The notes under the pieces were generated by a model that saw nothing but the letters and a program-made list of their open reading frames with translations, did no database searches and was not told where the DNA came from. A program made the position numbers and the translations under genes. Positions 17,028-22,913 of a DNA stretch of 25,745 nt are shown in pieces. Source of the DNA: a virus. Lineage: Duplodnaviria; Caudoviricetes. The stretch's first letter is position 1, and each line of letters starts with the position of its first letter. The DNA is taken from IMG/VR virus record IMGVR_UViG_3300032239_000353, positions 1-25,745 of that record; one strand, 5' to 3'.

Positions 17028-18413
17028 TTAATTCAAGTTAGTTTCTTGCTCCTTTTGTTTTCTTTTCTCCATTAATTCTTTAATTCTATCTCGTTTTTGT
17101 TCTTCTTTCTTTTCTTCAAATCCTAAGAAAGTAACTGAACTTTCAGTGTCAATCTCGAGAAGCTCATTATCGAATTTACAGTTTTCAAATACAACCCCGT
17201 CTTTACCCAAACGTGATTTGGTGATAGCGATGGTCGCCAAGTTCATTTCTTTTTGTTGTAAAGTTTTAGCCACGGAAATGATAACGTGTCCAACTTGTGC
17301 CTTTTTGATAGAACCACCCATTTGGTCGGTGGTAACGACCTCAGAAGATATAGAGCTTCTGTTACCCTGTGTTGCGGTCCAACCCACAACTCCTAGTTCG
17401 TGACATAATGCCTCAAACCCTCTCATAACTGAACCTTCACTTTTCCATTCATCACCCAAGTTTTTATCGGGTACAACACAATCAATATAGTCCAAGACTA
17501 TCATGTCGATATTATGACCATCAGCAATCATCTTACGAATCATATTCTTGATTTGGGTCATAGTGTGCTGGTCTGAAGGTAGTTTTTTAAGAAACAACTT
17601 ATTCGTCATTTCTTCTCTTACTACACGTGCCTTTTCCAAAACTTCTTCTCTATGTAATGGTAATAAGTCAGGAGCAATACCCGTCCACATAGTGAAGTGT
17701 TTTCTTTGAATTACTTTTGGATTGTCTTCAAAAAACAACTGTAATACATCGTATCCGTTGTTAAATGCTGAGTTAGCAATTTTAGAAAGAACTGTAGTTT
17801 TACCTACCCCAGTTGGTGCCAAGATTACACCGAGTTCTCCTTTTGCCAATCCACCTTTAAGAAGTTTATCAATCCCTGTAATTCCCATAGGAATTGGATG
17901 ACGGAAATCTTCATTTAACACGTCATCTAAATTTGTGAACACGTCTTCAATCTTGTTGTTGTTTTCCCCCACCTGTAGAGCGGTTCTCACCAACTCCTCA
18001 AGTTTGTCATAGTTTTCAAATTCACCATTGTCAAGAATTTTTTGTGATTTTGTAATCGCCTTCTGTAACTCTTGTTGTTTACAGAACTTAAGAGATTTCT
18101 CTTGTACGAAAGACGCTCCCTCAGTCGGTGCGTCTTTTACTTGTTTAATGGTATCGTTAAGAATTTTTAACATTAACTCTTGAGGAAACTCACTCTTCAC
18201 CATTTGTGAAAGAGTTTCAAAAGAGGGGGTACAATCATACTTCACATAATACTCCTTTATGAGTTGGAGTAATGTTTTGAAGTATCTGTTTTCAAAGTGT
18301 GATGGTTCAATTACGTCAATGATAGAATGTGCGAAATCTTTGTCTAAAATGATTTGATTTAGTAGTTGAAGTTGAAATGTATTTCCTAGATATTCGAAGT
18401 TCTTGTTTGACAT
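17028..18413 (-). CDS. Replicative helicase, SF4 DnaB / T4 gp41-like (461 aa)
   Basis: GGLAKGEL, Walker A ILAPTGVGKTT, Walker B IVLDYID, ATQGNR and KSRLG arginine finger. Confidence 0.93.
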   Translation of the reverse strand: MSNKNFEYLGNTFQLQLLNQIILDKDFAHSIIDVIEPSHFENRYFKTLLQLIKEYYVKYDCTPSFETLSQMVKSEFPQELMLKILNDTIKQVKDAPTEGASFVQEKSLKFCKQQELQKAITKSQKILDNGEFENYDKLEELVRTALQVGENNNKIEDVFTNLDDVLNEDFRHPIPMGITGIDKLLKGGLAKGELGVILAPTGVGKTTVLSKIANSAFNNGYDVLQLFFEDNPKVIQRKHFTMWTGIAPDLLPLHREEVLEKARVVREEMTNKLFLKKLPSDQHTMTQIKNMIRKMIADGHNIDMIVLDYIDCVVPDKNLGDEWKSEGSVMRGFEALCHELGVVGWTATQGNRSSISSEVVTTDQMGGSIKKAQVGHVIISVAKTLQQKEMNLATIAITKSRLGKDGVVFENCKFDNELLEIDTESSVTFLGFEEKKEEQKRDRIKELMEKRKQKEQETNLN

Positions 18414-18438
18414 AATTTTATTCCTTTTACTGGTCTTG

Positions 18439-18445
18439 ATAAATA
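18439..18445 (-). promoter_or_regulatory. TATTTAT candidate promoter element upstream of the helicase
   Basis: Minus strand AGTATTTATC in the 35-nt intergenic gap, 25 nt before the ATG at 18413. Confidence 0.4.
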
Positions 18446-18448
18446 CTA

Positions 18449-18898
18449 TTATACCAAGCTATAATTCATGTAACTTGTAACAAAATTTTCACCTGAAAAA
18501 ATGTCAGTTAGGTCCTTTAACACACTTTTTACTTGCTGGCGTATGTCTACGGTGTATCTTATTTTAGGTGGTAAAATTTTGGCGTTTAATATTCTATGAC
18601 AAATTGTCTGTTCACCGACTTTAATATAAAAATTAAAAATTTCGGGACCATTAGTATTTGACGTTTCTAGAACACTTGGGTCTTCTAAAATTTGTTCTTG
18701 GTTCTCTAAAAGATAGACAACTGAACGCATTTTTTGGTCGTACTCAAACTGAGCTACGAAGTCTTTTAGGTAGTAAGATACATTCAACGAATTCTTTGCA
18801 ATCGGATTGTACCCACGGACATTGAAATACCTTTGAATAACAATGTTGTCATTCAGAGTGATAAGGAATTCCATTTTAATTACATCTGTTTCTTTCAT
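18449..18898 (-). CDS. Hypothetical protein in the replication block (149 aa)
   Basis: Fills the gap between exonuclease and helicase; A-rich leader; no family recognised. Confidence 0.75.
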   Translation of the reverse strand: MKETDVIKMEFLITLNDNIVIQRYFNVRGYNPIAKNSLNVSYYLKDFVAQFEYDQKMRSVVYLLENQEQILEDPSVLETSNTNGPEIFNFYIKVGEQTICHRILNAKILPPKIRYTVDIRQQVKSVLKDLTDIFSGENFVTSYMNYSLV

Positions 18899-18918
18899 AT
18901 TTTTTTTATTATAGTGTG

Positions 18919-19923
18919 TTATTTGTCTTCTTTAAATTTTCTTTTTTCTTTTCTTGTAAGTTTCATAAACGGTTGAATAAATTTAAGGAACTCATCGTCA
19001 CTCTTTCCGAGGTACTTGAAGAACCCATCATTTGTCATCATACGTATTAAGTTTTTGTAACCCCTACCTTCAGGGTCTAAAGTGTCGGCATAATATTGTT
19101 CAACAACTCCTTTACCCTCATCAGAAATGATTGGGTTTTGTAAATCCACGATTTTTTCATTAATCTGAAAAAATTTCTCTCCGAGTATTCCGTCTTTTGT
19201 TTTTCCACTAACTAAGTTTTTAAGTGCTGTGTTTTTTTCGTCTTCTTTCAGCAGTTGTTCCGCCTTTAGTAAAATATCACTAATCTTGACGGGTTTGTCA
19301 AGGAACTCAGGAAAATATTTGATTAATGTCTTTTCACCGAAATAATAAATCCCGTTAATATTGTCGGACTTATCACCAGTTATAATTTTGTATGGTAAAA
19401 TGTTACAAGACGGCATTTCATATGTACCAATCTTTACCTTCTTACCGTGTGTATAGAATACTTTAGCAATCGGAGAATATATGGTTGTGTTTTCATCTAC
19501 CAACTGTAGTAAGTCTTTGTCGGCTGATAGTATCGTTTTTTTCTCGTCTGCAGCTATTTTACAGTAATGGGCTATCAAGTCATCAGACTCATTCCTATCT
19601 ACTCTTACCTGACGAATAAAACACTCTTCAATGTATTCTTTAACTCGTGCTTTTTGGCTATGATATGATTCGAGTTTGTACTCGTTCATATCTTGTCTTC
19701 TATTTAGTTTGTAATTAGGATATAGTTCACGACGCACGGATGCGTTGTCGTCACCGTCCCAAAAAACGAGAACTTTGTCGTAGTTGTGTTCATCAATTTG
19801 TTTTCGTAATGTGTTAATAAAGTGGAAGACACCCCCAATGTGGTTTCCTTCTACAAATAAGTCTCTAACTCCATGAAACCCAATCTTAAAAAGGTTATCA
19901 CCATCAACTAAAAGTGTCTTCAC
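18919..19923 (-). CDS. 5'-3' exonuclease / flap endonuclease (PolI 5' nuclease, T4 RNase H family), ~334 aa
   Basis: LLVDGDNL, FWDG, RRELYPNYKLNR, ESDDLIA, SADKDLLQLV and H3TH motif GDKSDNINGIYYFGEKT. Start reassigned to GTG at 19923, which removes the overlap with the recombinase gene and puts LLVDG at the usual N-terminal position. Confidence 0.92.
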   Translation of the reverse strand: MKTLLVDGDNLFKIGFHGVRDLFVEGNHIGGVFHFINTLRKQIDEHNYDKVLVFWDGDDNASVRRELYPNYKLNRRQDMNEYKLESYHSQKARVKEYIEECFIRQVRVDRNESDDLIAHYCKIAADEKKTILSADKDLLQLVDENTTIYSPIAKVFYTHGKKVKIGTYEMPSCNILPYKIITGDKSDNINGIYYFGEKTLIKYFPEFLDKPVKISDILLKAEQLLKEDEKNTALKNLVSGKTKDGILGEKFFQINEKIVDLQNPIISDEGKGVVEQYYADTLDPEGRGYKNLIRMMTNDGFFKYLGKSDDEFLKFIQPFMKLTRKEKRKFKEDK

Positions 19924-19933
19924 ATTTATTTTA

Positions 19934-20938
19934 TTATGCCAATTCGGCAGATTCACTTAATTCAAAATCACCATCAACACCGATTATCTCTTTCCAATAA
20001 TCAGCATGTTCTTTCTTGTAGTTCTCAATCGATACCTTCTCTTCAGCCGCGTCTTTTCCTGCCAAGAAACCGTGGGGGGTAACAATAATTTTACCATCCT
20101 CATATCCCAAACCATTGATGTGGTTTTTCATAACAGAAACTTTTGTACGGATTGCGAACTTAACTGTTCGTTTGTCTTTGGTAGCCGAAATTTTGTTTGT
20201 ACCTGCACCTTTTTGATTTCCAAATAAGAATACCAAAGATGAGTTCAACCAAATCGCTTCACCACCTTTTGCTTTAATCTTTGGTTGACCAAATGGATTA
20301 TCTGGTAATTCAACCCAAGGTTGGTTGATAATGATTAAAGTATTTTCGTGTTTTGAATCTGATTTTCTTGAACCTGAAATACGTTGATTGATACCCATAC
20401 CAATCTTGTCAGCAAGAACCGCAGCGTTGTGTTGTTTACCACCTTTACCTTCATAAGTCATCTTACAAGGAACTGAACCAACTGAATCCCAAATAAAACA
20501 TAAACTGTAATCCAATTCACCTTTTTCTTGAGCGTCTAATAATTCGTTGATATAATCGGTAATCTGTTCAATGTAACTAAAGTTGTTATTGAAAATAAAG
20601 AATCCATCCCAATCCGCTTCACCTGTTGCTTCGTCAACAACTTCTTCACATTCAAAACCCATAAGTTTTGCGTGTTCAAAACTCCATTTTTGTTCTGTAA
20701 TAATAAACACGGGAAGGATATTTTGTTTTTGAGCAGATACAGCTGATTTAACAGCCGCAGTTGTTTTTCCTGTGTCAGAGTGACCCAAGAACATATTCAA
20801 ATGTCCAATAGCAGGACCTGGTAATCCTACAGCATCTAAGAAATGTGTTCCCAACTCCAAAAAACGTTGTGGTTTATATTTTGCTGAAGTAGAAAATTTT
20901 TTCTTTATTGAACTGAAATCATTTTTTTTAATTGCCAT
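19934..20938 (-). CDS. uvsX: RecA/UvsX-like recombinase (334 aa)
   Basis: Walker A GHSDTGKTT, catalytic Glu region FIITEQ, Walker B FIWDSVGS, IIINQ, KAKGGEA and KNHING; divergent from cellular RecA. Confidence 0.88.
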   Translation of the reverse strand: MAIKKNDFSSIKKKFSTSAKYKPQRFLELGTHFLDAVGLPGPAIGHLNMFLGHSDTGKTTAAVKSAVSAQKQNILPVFIITEQKWSFEHAKLMGFECEEVVDEATGEADWDGFFIFNNNFSYIEQITDYINELLDAQEKGELDYSLCFIWDSVGSVPCKMTYEGKGGKQHNAAVLADKIGMGINQRISGSRKSDSKHENTLIIINQPWVELPDNPFGQPKIKAKGGEAIWLNSSLVFLFGNQKGAGTNKISATKDKRTVKFAIRTKVSVMKNHINGLGYEDGKIIVTPHGFLAGKDAAEEKVSIENYKKEHADYWKEIIGVDGDFELSESAELA

Positions 20939-20953
20939 AGTTGTTATAAATTA

Positions 20954-20989
20954 ATCATGTATGGTACCAAATAAGATACCATACATGAT
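20954..20989. repeat. Perfect 13-bp inverted repeat between the SSB and recombinase genes
   Basis: atcatgtatggta (20954-20966), 10-nt spacer, taccatacatgat (20977-20989). Confidence 0.9.
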
Positions 20990-21002
20990 GTGTTTTAGTT
21001 TA

Positions 21003-21854
21003 TTAGAATGGTAGGTCCTCGTCAGGTTCCGCGTTAATCTGTGGGTCACTGTGGAATGGACTTGGAGTTTCTTTTGCTCCACCCATAGTCATGATTCCTT
21101 CATCACCATACAAATATTTTCCTGTTTCAGAATCCCAACGTGGTTCTTCTCCACGAGAAAGAGCTTCCAAATACTCAACAGGTTTCTTAGAGTAAACGTC
21201 AGCCCAAGTCAAAGCGTCTTTCAACCACTCTTCTTTAGTTGCTGCGTTCTCATGAAGAGATGTTGGGTCATCATGCATGATTGTTTGGATTGATGTATAA
21301 TCTTTACCACCAGGTGTCTTAGATTTTACCAACTGTACGATAAGGTCTCTACCTTTATCAGGGTCGGTAATATCACCCTTTTGTCTCCAAATAGGAATAA
21401 TTTTGTCCAAGATACCATCGTTCTTGTAATTGTGTTTGAAACGCCAGAATTTTACACCTTCTTCTTCAGCGTCACGGTCAATAACCTTCACGATGTAAAA
21501 TTTACGTGATTTGTATTGTTTAGCCAATTCTTTGTCAGACTCTTTTCCTGTTGACATAAGTTCTTCATAAACCTCATTCAAAGGTGAACGCTCATTGTCG
21601 TTTTTACCTGGGTCATAAAACTTTTGCCATTTACCACCAACTTGTAATTCATGGTACCATACTTCTTTGAAAGGTGAAGAACCATCTGGTGTTGGGAGGA
21701 TACGGACTCTACGTTGTCCTTGTGCTTGACCTTGTGGAAGGATACAAGCGAAATACTTTTTCATTCTTTCCTCTTGAGACATTTTGTTAGAATCTCCGAA
21801 AGATTGTGTGTTTTTTTCGTACTGTGAAAGTACTGCGTCAAGTGAGCTCATCAT
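21003..21854 (-). CDS. Single-stranded DNA-binding protein, T4 gp32-like (283 aa)
   Basis: RRVRILP...PFKEVWYH, RKFYIVKVIDR...EGVKFWRF, DITDPDKGRDL and acidic tail ending DEDLPF; adjacent to the recombinase. Confidence 0.85.
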   Translation of the reverse strand: MMSSLDAVLSQYEKNTQSFGDSNKMSQEERMKKYFACILPQGQAQGQRRVRILPTPDGSSPFKEVWYHELQVGGKWQKFYDPGKNDNERSPLNEVYEELMSTGKESDKELAKQYKSRKFYIVKVIDRDAEEEGVKFWRFKHNYKNDGILDKIIPIWRQKGDITDPDKGRDLIVQLVKSKTPGGKDYTSIQTIMHDDPTSLHENAATKEEWLKDALTWADVYSKKPVEYLEALSRGEEPRWDSETGKYLYGDEGIMTMGGAKETPSPFHSDPQINAEPDEDLPF

Positions 21855-21879
21855 AATTTTGTTTTTGTTTTGTTAGTTA

Positions 21880-21908
21880 AGTATAGGTTATGTTTTTTAA
21901 TTCGTCAA
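21880..21908 (-). promoter_or_regulatory. Sigma70-like promoter for the replication block
   Basis: Minus strand TTGACG (21908-21903), 17-nt spacer, TATACT (21885-21880); immediately downstream of a terminator and 25 nt before the SSB ATG. Confidence 0.7.
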
Positions 21909-21918
21909 ATTATTCGCC

Positions 21919-21946
21919 AATAAAAAAGGGTCACAACGTGACCCCT
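21919..21946 (-). terminator. Rho-independent terminator downstream of the 228-aa gene
   Basis: Minus strand GGGTCAC-GTT-GTGACCC-TTTTTTATT; stem arms at 21928-21934 and 21938-21944. Confidence 0.85.
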
Positions 21947-21972
21947 AAAGTATAGTAAAATTTTCACAAAAA

Positions 21973-22659
21973 TCAACCCATCTTAAATGATGATTGGGTT
22001 GGTTCGTCTCCGTAATTGTCAAACGTTTTTTTGATTTCAGATGGAACAATTTGTTCTACTTCATCAGATGTTAAAACATATTCATTTTTACCTGATTTTT
22101 CCATATCATCTTGTTTGTCATCAAAAAAACTTGAAAGTTTTTGATTGAATGGTCCACTATCAAGACTTCTTAATTCTAATTTTTCTTGAGCCGTTTTTGG
22201 TCTGTATTTTTCAATTTTATCTTCCATTGAATTTAATTTTTCAAATACTTGGTCCATTGAATTTAATTTATTTTGCATGTCCTCAATTTGTTTGAACATC
22301 ATGTCAAAATATTCTTGTTGTTTTGATTCAATACTTTTTTGAGAATTAACCAAATCAGTAATATCTAATTCTTCACTTTCTGAACTACTATCAGATTCTT
22401 CAGATTTTCCTGTTGAATCAATTTTTTCAACTTCAGTATCAGTTGTTGTATCAATCACTTCAGGTTCTGCGGGTGCTGTTGGACCTAAAGTTGGGTCCGC
22501 AGGTGCCGTTGCAGCATCAGGTGCTGGCGGTACATCTCCTGCAGCAGCATCAGGTGGTGGGGGAATGTCACCAAGTCCTGCAGCATCTTGTTCCATTATA
22601 TAAGAATTAATCTTATTATGTCTTTTAATTTCTTCGATAATTTTTCTATCTATAGCCAT
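21973..22659 (-). CDS. Acidic hypothetical protein with Pro/Ala low-complexity linker and coiled coil (228 aa)
   Basis: IPPPPDAAAGDVPPAPDAATAPADP linker, Ser/Glu tract and heptad-like FKQIEDMQNKLNSMDQVFEKLNSMEDKIEK. Confidence 0.75.
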   Translation of the reverse strand: MAIDRKIIEEIKRHNKINSYIMEQDAAGLGDIPPPPDAAAGDVPPAPDAATAPADPTLGPTAPAEPEVIDTTTDTEVEKIDSTGKSEESDSSSESEELDITDLVNSQKSIESKQQEYFDMMFKQIEDMQNKLNSMDQVFEKLNSMEDKIEKYRPKTAQEKLELRSLDSGPFNQKLSSFFDDKQDDMEKSGKNEYVLTSDEVEQIVPSEIKKTFDNYGDEPTQSSFKMG

Positions 22660-22664
22660 TTGAC

Positions 22665-22889
22665 TTATCCGTTTAATAATTGTTTAACACCGTGTGGAGT
22701 TTCAACTTGAACTCTTCTATTTGTCTTTAATGTGTTATCCACTCTTTCAATAAGACCGTCTCTATCTCTTACAGTGTAGCAACTTCCACTATCTAAGTCG
22801 CAAACTTCGGTATAACCATTACCTGTATTTTTTTCAGTGTATCTTGAGTTTTTACCAAGATAGTTGTCTAAATGTTGTTTAATATCCAT
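22665..22889 (-). CDS. Small hypothetical protein (74 aa)
   Basis: Fills the gap between flanking genes, 5 nt from the next start, and is preceded by a TATTTAT motif; contains VCDLDSGSCYTV. Confidence 0.7.
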   Translation of the reverse strand: MDIKQHLDNYLGKNSRYTEKNTGNGYTEVCDLDSGSCYTVRDRDGLIERVDNTLKTNRRVQVETPHGVKQLLNG

Positions 22890-22902
22890 AATATTTTTCT
22901 TA

Positions 22903-22909
22903 ATAAATA
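22903..22909 (-). promoter_or_regulatory. TATTTAT candidate promoter element upstream of the 74-aa gene
   Basis: Minus strand ATATTTATTA in a 24-nt intergenic gap, 13 nt before the ATG at 22889. Confidence 0.45.
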
Positions 22910-22913
22910 TATC

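Noticed and set aside
19924-19956. ATG start at 19956 for the exonuclease
   Set aside because: It overlaps the recombinase 3' end; GTG at 19923 gives the family-typical N-terminus.
15140-20938. Introns, inteins or homing endonucleases in RNR, helicase or recombinase
   Set aside because: All have normal or compact lengths and contiguous motifs; no splice, LAGLIDADG, HNH or GIY-YIG signatures seen.
22231-22275. Short direct repeat tccattgaatttaattt (two copies) and nearby gcagcatc repeats
   Set aside because: They encode the KLNSM coiled-coil and DAA linker repeats of the 228-aa protein; no CRISPR-like or DGR-like organisation.
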